The position numbers and the translations under genes are program-made. The notes beneath the pieces are model-generated. The model was not told the origin of the DNA. It made no database searches and saw only the letters and a list, made by a program, of their open reading frames with translations. 64,000 bases of DNA from Takakia lepidozioides (lineage: Eukaryota > Plantae > Bryophyta), in contig CM060734.1 of NCBI GenBank assembly GCA_030704615.1, forward strand, positions 10,478,001 to 10,542,000. Direction: 5' to 3'. Shown here one piece after another: positions 1 through 12,374 of this stretch (its first letter is position 1; every line of letters starts with the position of its first letter).

Positions 1-1304
1 GCAGGTTGTCTTACCAAGGCCTAGCTCAAAACTTCAGCATTCAGAAGCCCTATAGATGTTCTATGCTTATCTCAGGTACCTTCAAGGATGCCTTACTCTC
101 CATGCCCAATTAGCCAACATATTTTTGCTGGAGAAGATCTTACCTTATGAAGGACTTGCTTGCTCCACACCATGGTCATGGCGGGAGAGGAGGCTGATAT
201 CTCATGGCTTTGGCCTTCCCATTGCCTTGGGTTCATCACTTCAATCAGGAACATATTTGATAACCTTTTGTCATGCTCAGACCAAGGTGTTAGTAAATCA
301 AACATAAAACTGAAAACAGAAGGGAGATTGGTTGATAATGTGTACAAGAACCACCAAGTACACTGGTCTAAATCAGAGAGGGAAGATACTTATGTCTTGT
401 CGAGACATGGACAAAGACCTGACAAGGTCACTGTAAAATTAACGACAAATCAGCCTCATAACAAGGCATTATCAACCATTCTTCATTCACAAGTCAGCTT
501 TATGACAAATCCCAGACTTCAAAGTCAATGAAGTCTCTGGGTGGGGGGGTGGGAAAAATTAGAGACTCAATTACCACTGTTCATAGCAGGAAACCATTGT
601 TCAGCATGCTAAAAAGTGCCATTCATGACATGCCATGTCATTCAGTCTGTATTTTTTGGTCAGCTTACATACCAAGGCATAACCAACCATCCTAATTTAT
701 TGTTGGCCCAAAAACTAGTATAGTTTTGGGTTCTTTGTATCATTGGACATACCAAAGTGACTGAGCAGTAAGTATCCATGTCCAAATAAAGATCCGTCGA
801 TCACTGTTCATGGCTGGAAATGTCTGTTTGTCTTAAAGAAGCCATTTATGATCATAGAAGGCTTAAGAACAAAATAAGAGCAAGGCCTGCGCCATAGCTC
901 TCAAGACCAGCAAACAAGAATGCACAACAAAATGTACAAAGCATGCACAAAGAAAGTGAATCGCCCAAACTTTAAAGAGTTCAGACACTTCCCCGAGGCC
1001 TTGAGATCGCCGCTTGTATCTTAATGATCAATGAAGGTCACAGCAAGCAACCGCAGCACAGGTAGATCGCCCGCCAAGCATCAGAGACAACCGCCACAGG
1101 GAAATTGCAGGTACTGCCGCCATTGCGCACCCCAAGAGGGGAAGAAGGTACTGAATCTTGCCGGAACACCTAAATGTCTTAATGGCGCAGCTCCATGGCA
1201 TTCAAGGGCGCTTGAATCGAGCTCCATGCGCCCCCCGCCACCACCTCTCAGCTCCAGCCATCCCTTAAGCACGATCGTCGTGCAGAGGGTTAGGGCAGGG
1301 AAGA

Positions 1305-1500
1305 GATGAAGCGCGATTTCCCGCGATTTCATCCACGTGATTTCCCACGATTTCATCCATCACACGGGATGAACTCTACCGCGCAGGATGAAATCTATCG
1401 TGATTTCATCCGCGTTGGATGAAATTGTCTCTCAATTTTTCATCCGTGTCATCCTCTGAGGATGACATCCATTTATGGATGAAATAAATAAATAATGGGA
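1305..1500. repeat. Cluster of GGATGAAA/TTTCATCC motifs in both orientations (present in each full array unit)
   Basis: About a dozen GGATGA(A)/TCATCC motifs in 200 bp, many arranged as inverted pairs (e.g. TTTCATCCgcgttGGATGAAA, TGTCATCCTctgAGGATGACA). Confidence 0.9.
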
Positions 1501-1695
1501 TGGCTCCATTAGGATCCTGACCTTATACCAAAAATCCGGGTACTGTAAATAACCGAAATTAACCAAATTCCAAGAAGGTTAATTAGGGGTCAGGTAACAT
1601 ACCACTGGTCTTAAACTATCAAGTTTTAAGAGAACCAGCCAGATCCATGGAGGGAGGGAGAGAGATGGAGAGAGAGGGAACCCACCCACCATCCC

Positions 1696-1761
1696 CTGGT
1701 ATGGCAGCTCCTTATGGAGTGAGTGTGGTATGCACTCACCCCGTAAGGGAGTGCATACCAG
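1696..1761. other. Hairpin-forming inverted repeat within the array unit
   Basis: Perfect 12-bp stem TGGTATGCACTC (1726-1737) / GAGTGCATACCA (1749-1760), overlapping an imperfect ~30-bp stem 1696-1725 / 1733-1761. Confidence 0.85.
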
Positions 1762-1880
1762 ACCCCATCACATAAATGACCTCCCTCTTCTTTGTAGCTT
1801 TTACTTCTCGTCACAAAGGAACCATAGAAATAAACATGCCTACAATCTCAACTCTCCAAGGTCAACAAACAAAACAAGCC

Positions 1881-2364
1881 GTGACAAGCAAAGGTACATC
1901 AACACTTACATCAAAATGTAGAGTTTTACCTTTTAGCTACACATAAGCTCTGATAATGGAAAGATGGGGCCAATGAAGGGACCTTAACTCCGAAATTCAC
2001 GAAGCAACAAACATGAAAGAAACTTTTATCAACCCTTTAGTGTTTACCTAGCCCATATTTTTGGGTACCACATGTGTACAAAACCAATGGGGTGTAGGTT
2101 TAGGTAATGAATTTTCTGCCATTGGCATGTTCCAAGTTGGCAAGTTGTGACAAACGAAGGTACATCAACACATACATCAAAATGTAGAGTTTTACCTTTT
2201 AGTTTATATATAAGCTCTGGTGACCGGAAGAAGAGGCCAGTGAAAGAACCCTCAATTCCCAAGGTCATAAAGTAACAATCAGGAAAGAATCTTATATCGG
2301 ACTTTTAGTGTTTACCCACCCCTTGTTTTGGGTAAAACATGTGTACAAAACCAAAGGGGGCAGG
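1881..2364. repeat. Diverged internal direct repeat (~266-bp period) within the array unit
   Basis: AAGGTACATCAACAC.TACATCAAAATGTAGAGTTTTACCTTTTAG ... ACATGTGTACAAAACCAA occurs at 1881-2098 and again at 2147-2364. Confidence 0.9.
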
Positions 2365-5300
2365 TATTGGGACTTAGGTAATGAAGTCTGGCAGGGGTTT
2401 ACCACCTGGTATTCGGACAAAACATCTACCAGCAGCATATCAGAATTGGGTATTTCTTATGGTGCTATAAGGAGCAAAGCCATAACCAGGAGAAACATAT
2501 AAACATTTGAGCCAAAGAAAAGGAACTCATTCGTATCATAAGGTATCTAAATCTGACATAAGGCATCGGCTACAGGGGACCGGCAAACAAGAGTAACGTG
2601 CACTGACCGGATCATGTATAAGGTGTACACGTCTACTCCAGCAGGTTGTCTTACCAAGGCCTAGCTCAAAACTTCAGCATTCAGAAGCCCTATAGATGTT
2701 CTATGCTTATCTCAGGTACCTTCAAGGATGCCTTACTCTCCATGCCCAATTAGCCAACATATTTTTGCTGGAGAAGATCTTACCTTATGAAGGACTTGCT
2801 TGCTCCACACCATGGTCATGGCGGGAGAGGAGGCTGATATCTCATGGCTTTGGCCTTCCCATTGCCTTGGGTTCATCACTTCAATCAGGAACATATTTGA
2901 TAACCTTTTGTCATGCTCAGACCAAGGTGTTAGTAAATCAAACATAAAACTGAAAACAGAAGGGAGATTGGTTGATAATGTGTACAAGAACCACCAAGTA
3001 CACTGGTCTAAATCAGAGAGGGAAGATACTTATGTCTTGTCGAGACATGGACAAAGACCTGACAAGGTCACTGTAAAATTAACGACAAATCAGCCTCATA
3101 ACAAGGCATTATCAACCATTCTTCATTCACAAGTCAGCTTTATGACAAATCCCAGACTTCAAAGTCAATGAAGTCTCTGGGTGGGGGGGTGGGAAAAATT
3201 AGAGACTCAATTACCACTGTTCATAGCAGGAAACCATTGTTCAGCATGCTAAAAAGTGCCATTCATGACATGCCATGTCATTCAGTCTGTATTTTTTGGT
3301 CAGCTTACATACCAAGGCATAACCAACCATCCTAATTTATTGTTGGCCCAAAAACTAGTATAGTTTTGGGTTCTTTGTATCATTGGACATACCAAAGTGA
3401 CTGAGCAGTAAGTATCCATGTCCAAATAAAGATCCGTCGATCACTGTTCATGGCTGGAAATGTCTGTTTGTCTTAAAGAAGCCATTTATGATCATAGAAG
3501 GCTTAAGAACAAAATAAGAGCAAGGCCTGCGCCATAGCTCTCAAGACCAGCAAACAAGAATGCACAACAAAATGTACAAAGCATGCACAAAGAAAGTGAA
3601 TCGCCCAAACTTTAAAGAGTTCAGACACTTCCCCGAGGCCTTGAGATCGCCGCTTGTATCTTAATGATCAATGAAGGTCACAGCAAGCAACCGCAGCACA
3701 GGTAGATCGCCCGCCAAGCATCAGAGACAACCGCCACAGGGAAATTGCAGGTACTGCCGCCATTGCGCACCCCAAGAGGGGAAGAAGGTACTGAATCTTG
3801 CCGGAACACCTAAATGTCTTAATGGCGCAGCTCCATGGCATTCAAGGGCGCTTGAATCGAGCTCCATGCGCCCCCCGCCACCACCTCTCAGCTCCAGCCA
3901 TCCCTTAAGCACGATCGTCGTGCAGAGGGTTAGGGCAGGGAAGAGATGAAGCGCGATTTCCCGCGATTTCATCCACGTGATTTCCCACGATTTCATCCAT
4001 TCGGGATGAAATCCATCACACGGGATGAACTCTACCGCGCAGGATGAAATCTATCGTGATTTCATCCGCGTTGGATGAAATTGTCTCTCAATTTTTCATC
4101 CGTGTCATCCTCTGAGGATGACATCCATTTATGGATGAAATAAATAAATAATGGGATGGCTCCATTAGGATCCTGACCTTATACCAAAAATCCGGGTACT
4201 GTAAATAACCGAAATTAACCAAATTCCAAGAAGGTTAATTAGGGGTCAGGTAACATACCACTGGTCTTAAACTATCAAGTTTTAAGAGAACCAGCCAGAT
4301 CCATGGAGGGAGGGAGAGAGATGGAGAGAGAGGGAACCCACCCACCATCCCCTGGTATGGCAGCTCCTTATGGAGTGAGTGTGGTATGCACTCACCCCGT
4401 AAGGGAGTGCATACCAGACCCCATCACATAAATGACCTCCCTCTTCTTTGTAGCTTTTACTTCTCGTCACAAAGGAACCATAGAAATAAACATGCCTACA
4501 ATCTCAACTCTCCAAGGTCAACAAACAAAACAAGCCGTGACAAGCAAAGGTACATCAACACTTACATCAAAATGTAGAGTTTTACCTTTTAGCTACACAT
4601 AAGCTCTGATAATGGAAAGATGGGGCCAATGAAGGGACCTTAACTCCGAAATTCACGAAGCAACAAACATGAAAGAAACTTTTATCAACCCTTTAGTGTT
4701 TACCTAGCCCATATTTTTGGGTACCACATGTGTACAAAACCAATGGGGTGTAGGTTTAGGTAATGAATTTTCTGCCATTGGCATGTTCCAAGTTGGCAAG
4801 TTGTGACAAACGAAGGTACATCAACACATACATCAAAATGTAGAGTTTTACCTTTTAGTTTATATATAAGCTCTGGTGACCGGAAGAAGAGGCCAGTGAA
4901 AGAACCCTCAATTCCCAAGGTCATAAAGTAACAATCAGGAAAGAATCTTATATCGGACTTTTAGTGTTTACCCACCCCTTGTTTTGGGTAAAACATGTGT
5001 ACAAAACCAAAGGGGGCAGGTATTGGGACTTAGGTAATGAAGTCTGGCAGGGGTTTACCACCTGGTATTCGGACAAAACATCTACCAGCAGCATATCAGA
5101 ATTGGGTATTTCTTATGGTGCTATAAGGAGCAAAGCCATAACCAGGAGAAACATATAAACATTTGAGCCAAAGAAAAGGAACTCATTCGTATCATAAGGT
5201 ATCTAAATCTGACATAAGGCATCGGCTACAGGGGACCGGCAAACAAGAGTAACGTGCACTGACCGGATCATGTATAAGGTGTACACGTCTACTCCAGCAG

Positions 5301-8300
5301 GTTGTCTTACCAAGGCCTAGCTCAAAACTTCAGCATTCAGAAGCCCTATAGATGTTCTATGCTTATCTCAGGTACCTTCAAGGATGCCTTACTCTCCATG
5401 CCCAATTAGCCAACATATTTTTGCTGGAGAAGATCTTACCTTATGAAGGACTTGCTTGCTCCACACCATGGTCATGGCGGGAGAGGAGGCTGATATCTCA
5501 TGGCTTTGGCCTTCCCATTGCCTTGGGTTCATCACTTCAATCAGGAACATATTTGATAACCTTTTGTCATGCTCAGACCAAGGTGTTAGTAAATCAAACA
5601 TAAAACTGAAAACAGAAGGGAGATTGGTTGATAATGTGTACAAGAACCACCAAGTACACTGGTCTAAATCAGAGAGGGAAGATACTTATGTCTTGTCGAG
5701 ACATGGACAAAGACCTGACAAGGTCACTGTAAAATTAACGACAAATCAGCCTCATAACAAGGCATTATCAACCATTCTTCATTCACAAGTCAGCTTTATG
5801 ACAAATCCCAGACTTCAAAGTCAATGAAGTCTCTGGGTGGGGGGGTGGGAAAAATTAGAGACTCAATTACCACTGTTCATAGCAGGAAACCATTGTTCAG
5901 CATGCTAAAAAGTGCCATTCATGACATGCCATGTCATTCAGTCTGTATTTTTTGGTCAGCTTACATACCAAGGCATAACCAACCATCCTAATTTATTGTT
6001 GGCCCAAAAACTAGTATAGTTTTGGGTTCTTTGTATCATTGGACATACCAAAGTGACTGAGCAGTAAGTATCCATGTCCAAATAAAGATCCGTCGATCAC
6101 TGTTCATGGCTGGAAATGTCTGTTTGTCTTAAAGAAGCCATTTATGATCATAGAAGGCTTAAGAACAAAATAAGAGCAAGGCCTGCGCCATAGCTCTCAA
6201 GACCAGCAAACAAGAATGCACAACAAAATGTACAAAGCATGCACAAAGAAAGTGAATCGCCCAAACTTTAAAGAGTTCAGACACTTCCCCGAGGCCTTGA
6301 GATCGCCGCTTGTATCTTAATGATCAATGAAGGTCACAGCAAGCAACCGCAGCACAGGTAGATCGCCCGCCAAGCATCAGAGACAACCGCCACAGGGAAA
6401 TTGCAGGTACTGCCGCCATTGCGCACCCCAAGAGGGGAAGAAGGTACTGAATCTTGCCGGAACACCTAAATGTCTTAATGGCGCAGCTCCATGGCATTCA
6501 AGGGCGCTTGAATCGAGCTCCATGCGCCCCCCGCCACCACCTCTCAGCTCCAGCCATCCCTTAAGCACGATCGTCGTGCAGAGGGTTAGGGCAGGGAAGA
6601 GATGAAGCGCGATTTCCCGCGATTTCATCCACGTGATTTCCCACGATTTCATCCATTCGGGATGAAATCCATCACACGGGATGAACTCTACCGCGCAGGA
6701 TGAAATCTATCGTGATTTCATCCGCGTTGGATGAAATTGTCTCTCAATTTTTCATCCGTGTCATCCTCTGAGGATGACATCCATTTATGGATGAAATAAA
6801 TAAATAATGGGATGGCTCCATTAGGATCCTGACCTTATACCAAAAATCCGGGTACTGTAAATAACCGAAATTAACCAAATTCCAAGAAGGTTAATTAGGG
6901 GTCAGGTAACATACCACTGGTCTTAAACTATCAAGTTTTAAGAGAACCAGCCAGATCCATGGAGGGAGGGAGAGAGATGGAGAGAGAGGGAACCCACCCA
7001 CCATCCCCTGGTATGGCAGCTCCTTATGGAGTGAGTGTGGTATGCACTCACCCCGTAAGGGAGTGCATACCAGACCCCATCACATAAATGACCTCCCTCT
7101 TCTTTGTAGCTTTTACTTCTCGTCACAAAGGAACCATAGAAATAAACATGCCTACAATCTCAACTCTCCAAGGTCAACAAACAAAACAAGCCGTGACAAG
7201 CAAAGGTACATCAACACTTACATCAAAATGTAGAGTTTTACCTTTTAGCTACACATAAGCTCTGATAATGGAAAGATGGGGCCAATGAAGGGACCTTAAC
7301 TCCGAAATTCACGAAGCAACAAACATGAAAGAAACTTTTATCAACCCTTTAGTGTTTACCTAGCCCATATTTTTGGGTACCACATGTGTACAAAACCAAT
7401 GGGGTGTAGGTTTAGGTAATGAATTTTCTGCCATTGGCATGTTCCAAGTTGGCAAGTTGTGACAAACGAAGGTACATCAACACATACATCAAAATGTAGA
7501 GTTTTACCTTTTAGTTTATATATAAGCTCTGGTGACCGGAAGAAGAGGCCAGTGAAAGAACCCTCAATTCCCAAGGTCATAAAGTAACAATCAGGAAAGA
7601 ATCTTATATCGGACTTTTAGTGTTTACCCACCCCTTGTTTTGGGTAAAACATGTGTACAAAACCAAAGGGGGCAGGTATTGGGACTTAGGTAATGAAGTC
7701 TGGCAGGGGTTTACCACCTGGTATTCGGACAAAACATCTACCAGCAGCATATCAGAATTGGGTATTTCTTATGGTGCTATAAGGAGCAAAGCCATAACCA
7801 GGAGAAACATATAAACATTTGAGCCAAAGAAAAGGAACTCATTCGTATCATAAGGTATCTAAATCTGACATAAGGCATCGGCTACAGGGGACCGGCAAAC
7901 AAGAGTAACGTGCACTGACCGGATCATGTATAAGGTGTACACGTCTACTCCAGCAGGTTGTCTTACCAAGGCCTAGCTCAAAACTTCAGCATTCAGAAGC
8001 CCTATAGATGTTCTATGCTTATCTCAGGTACCTTCAAGGATGCCTTACTCTCCATGCCCAATTAGCCAACATATTTTTGCTGGAGAAGATCTTACCTTAT
8101 GAAGGACTTGCTTGCTCCACACCATGGTCATGGCGGGAGAGGAGGCTGATATCTCATGGCTTTGGCCTTCCCATTGCCTTGGGTTCATCACTTCAATCAG
8201 GAACATATTTGATAACCTTTTGTCATGCTCAGACCAAGGTGTTAGTAAATCAAACATAAAACTGAAAACAGAAGGGAGATTGGTTGATAATGTGTACAAG

Positions 8301-11300
8301 AACCACCAAGTACACTGGTCTAAATCAGAGAGGGAAGATACTTATGTCTTGTCGAGACATGGACAAAGACCTGACAAGGTCACTGTAAAATTAACGACAA
8401 ATCAGCCTCATAACAAGGCATTATCAACCATTCTTCATTCACAAGTCAGCTTTATGACAAATCCCAGACTTCAAAGTCAATGAAGTCTCTGGGTGGGGGG
8501 GTGGGAAAAATTAGAGACTCAATTACCACTGTTCATAGCAGGAAACCATTGTTCAGCATGCTAAAAAGTGCCATTCATGACATGCCATGTCATTCAGTCT
8601 GTATTTTTTGGTCAGCTTACATACCAAGGCATAACCAACCATCCTAATTTATTGTTGGCCCAAAAACTAGTATAGTTTTGGGTTCTTTGTATCATTGGAC
8701 ATACCAAAGTGACTGAGCAGTAAGTATCCATGTCCAAATAAAGATCCGTCGATCACTGTTCATGGCTGGAAATGTCTGTTTGTCTTAAAGAAGCCATTTA
8801 TGATCATAGAAGGCTTAAGAACAAAATAAGAGCAAGGCCTGCGCCATAGCTCTCAAGACCAGCAAACAAGAATGCACAACAAATGTACAAAGCATGCACA
8901 AAGAAAGTGAATCGCCCAAACTTAAAGAGTTCAGACACTTCCCCGAGGCCTTGAGATCGCCGCTTGTATCTTAATGATCAATGAAGGTCACAGCAAGCAA
9001 CCGCAGCACAGGTAGATCGCCCGCCAAGCATCAGAGACAACCGCCACAGGGAAATTGCAGGTACTGCCGCCATTGCGCACCCCAAGAGGGGAAGAAGGTA
9101 CTGAATCTTGCCGGAACACCTAAATGTCTTAATGGCGCAGCTCCATGGCATTCAAGGGCGCTTGAATCGAGCTCCATGCGCCCCCGCCACCACCTCTCAG
9201 CTCCAGCCATCCCTTAAGCACGATCGTCGTGCAGAGGGTTAGGGCAGGGAAGAGATGAAGCGCGATTTCCCGCGATTTCATCCACGTGATTTCCCACGAT
9301 TTCATCCATTCGGGATGAAATCCATCACACGGGATGAACTCTACCGCGCAGGATGAAATCTATCGTGATTTCATCCGCGTTGGATGAAATTGTCTCTCAA
9401 TTTTTCATCCGTGTCATCCTCTGAGGATGACATCCATTTATGGATGAAATAAATAAATAATGGGATGGCTCCATTAGGATCCTGACCTTATACCAAAAAT
9501 CCGGGTACTGTAAATAACCGAAATTAACCAAATTCCAAGAAGGTTAATTAGGGGTCAGGTAACATACCACTGGTCTTAAACTATCAAGTTTTAAGAGAAC
9601 CAGCCAGATCCATGGAGGGAGGGAGAGAGATGGAGAGAGAGGGAACCCACCCACCATCCCCTGGTATGGCAGCTCCTTATGGAGTGAGTGTGGTATGCAC
9701 TCACCCCGTAAGGGAGTGCATACCAGACCCCATCACATAAATGACCTCCCTCTTCTTTGTAGCTTTTACTTCTCGTCACAAAGGAACCATAGAAATAAAC
9801 ATGCCTACAATCTCAACTCTCCAAGGTCAACAAACAAAACAAGCCGTGACAAGCAAAGGTACATCAACACTTACATCAAAATGTAGAGTTTTACCTTTTA
9901 GCTACACATAAGCTCTGATAATGGAAAGATGGGGCCAATGAAGGGACCTTAACTCCGAAATTCACGAAGCAACAAACATGAAAGAAACTTTTATCAACCC
10001 TTTAGTGTTTACCTAGCCCATATTTTTGGGGTACCACATGTGTACAAAACCAATGGGGTGTAGGTTTAGGTAATGAATTTTCTGCCATTGGCATGTTCCA
10101 AGTTGGCAAGTTGTGACAAACGAAGGTACATCAACACATACATCAAAATGTAGAGTTTTACCTTTTAGTTTATATATAAGCTCTGGTGACCGGAAGAAGA
10201 GGCCAGTGAAAGAACCCTCAATTCCCAAGGTCATAAAGTAACAATCAGGAAAGAATCTTATATCGGACTTTTAGTGTTTACCCACCCCTTGTTTTGGGTA
10301 AAACATGTGTACAAAACCAAAGGGGGCAGGTATTGGGACTTAGGTAATGAAGTCTGGCAGGGGTTTACCACCTGGTATTCGGACAAAACATCTACCAGCA
10401 GCATATCAGAATTGGGTATTTCTTATGGTGCTATAAGGAGCAAAGCCATAACCAGGAGAAACATATAAACATTTGAGCCAAAGAAAAGGAACTCATTCGT
10501 ATCATAAGGTATCTAAATCTGACATAAGGCATCGGCTACAGGGGACCGGCAAACAAGAGTAACGTGCACTGACCGGATCATGTATAAGGTGTACACGTCT
10601 ACTCCAGCAGGTTGTCTTACCAGGCCTAGCTCAAAACTTCAGCATTCAGAAGCCCTATAGATGTTCTATGCTTATCTCAGGTACCTTCAAGGATGCCTTA
10701 CTCTCCATGCCCAATTAGCCAACATATTTTTTGCTGGAGAAGATCTTACCTATGAAGGACTTGCTTGCTCCACACCATGGTCATGGCGGGAGAGGAGGCT
10801 GATATCTCATGGCTTTGGCCTTCCCATTGCCTTGGGTTCATCACTTCAATCAGGAACATATTTGATAACCTTTTGTCATGCTCAGACCAAGGTGTTAGTA
10901 AATCAAACATAAAACTGAAAACAGAAGGGAGATTGGTTGATAATGTGTACAAGAACCACCAAGTACACTGGTCTAAATCAGAGAGGGAAGATACTTATGT
11001 CTTGTCGAGACATGGACAAAGACCTGACAAGGTCACTGTAAAATTAACGACAAATCAGCCTCATAACAAGGCATTATCAACCATTCTTCATTCACAAGTC
11101 AGCTTTATGACAAATCCCAGACTTCAAAGTCAATGAAGTCTCTGGGTGGGGGGGTGGGAAAAATTAGAGACTCAATTACCACTGTTCATAGCAGGAAACC
11201 ATTGTTCAGCATGCTAAAAAGTGCCATTCATGACATGCCATGTCATTCAGTCTGTATTTTTTGGTCAGCTTACATACCAAGGCATAACCAACCATCCTAA

Positions 11301-11380
11301 TTTATTGTTGGCCCAAAAACTAGTATAGTTTTGGGTTCTTTGTATCATTGGACATACCAAAGTGACTGAGCAGTAAGTAT

Positions 11381-11570
11381 GCATGGTGGCCCCCTTTGTT
11401 TTGTCCACGGTAATAGGCCCCCTTCCTGCAATCCTCGCCTATAGGACTTGCTTCTCCAGCAGATTTGTGCCGCTAACGCTTCCCTGAAGCGTGAGCCCAG
11501 CTCACGCTTTGCAGCTACAACGTGAGCTCAGCTCCCAGGCTCACGGGGCTGGGCTCACACCGTAGCTACA
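11381..11570. mobile_element. Probable LTR (or other TE) terminal fragment, cut off by the tandem array
   Basis: The KE-rich minus-strand reading frame switches abruptly to unrelated sequence beginning TGTAG (minus strand, at 11570). The fragment is rich in GTGAGC/GCTCAC inverted motifs. Confidence 0.4.
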
Positions 11571-12123
11571 CTGGTCTTTCTCTTTGTCCTTCTCTTTGTC
11601 CTTTTCTTTGTCCTTCCCCTTCTCCTTCCCCTTCTCTTGCTCCTTCTCCTTCTCCTTCGACTTCTCTTTCTCCTTTGTTTTCCCAGGTGACTTGGCTACT
11701 CCCTCCGAAGCCTTTGCATCCTTGTCTTTCACCTTGCGGCCCCCATTCTTGCTTTTCTGGGGAGTTGCATGCGCGTCTGGCTCCTTGGCGGCTAATGAAG
11801 CTATGTTCCTCTGGTACTCTTCATCGTTCAAAGGTGCTAGCATCTCCGCATGGTTGTTCAAATACTTCATTTGCTGCTCTTGAAATGTCGTGTGCTCAGG
11901 AGGGCAGTCGAGGTACCATCCACAGTCCCTAAAGTGGGCAGGACTCCAGTCCCCCAAGATACCAGCTGTGTACATGGTGGGATCGTTGGCAGGGTCCGAC
12001 CACATGTCCAGGTAATCTGGGATTCCACTTAGGTGTTTTCCTTCCATCAGCACATATTTAGTGTACCTGCGGACGCTCAAACAAACACCGTCCCCAAAAC
12101 ATGATACCAAAAAGCAGCGGAAA

Positions 12124-12374
12124 GTGATAATCGGTGGCGATCATCACTTTCACATCAGAGAGAATGCAACATGGGTGTGCAAATCCTTATGATTATCTAC
12201 ACTACACAACTGGGAAATCTGATGATTGGCACCGATCATCAGGTCACTGATCAGAAACAAACTGCCTATGTTAACAGAGGTAGGATTAAGAATGGAAACG
12301 TGGATATGCAGTATTCATTTGTTTGACGGGAGAAGATCAGAGCACTGGAAGTAATGATTGGTACCGACCATCAC
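12124..12374. repeat. Three copies of the 24-bp palindrome family (GTGATGATCGGTACCGATCATCAC) in an intron
   Basis: Copies at ~12124, ~12219 and ~12351. Confidence 0.9.

Larger units (their letters stand above)
1..11380. repeat. Tandem array of a ~2.65-kb unit (4.3 copies, running off the left edge of the window)
   Basis: Unit starts (GCAGGTTGTCTTACC) at 1, 2641, 5297, 7953 and 10607, and the ORF track repeats identically. Copy 1 lacks 16 bp near 1360; later copies differ by single-base indels, mostly in homopolymers. The array stops abruptly at ~11380. Confidence 0.99.

Noticed and set aside
1-2640. Array unit as rDNA, 5S, snRNA or snoRNA repeat
   Set aside because: No 5S/18S/26S or U-snRNA sequence recognised. 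An isolated ATACTTAC and one GTGATGA box on the minus strand lack the rest of the U1 or C/D structure.
56-11136. Recurring 60-123-aa ORFs in the tandem array
   Set aside because: No recognisable domains; they overlap on both strands and recur only because the DNA is repeated.
11522-11932. Plus-strand SP- and SF-rich ORFs
   Set aside because: Antisense shadows of the KE-rich low-complexity exon on the minus strand.
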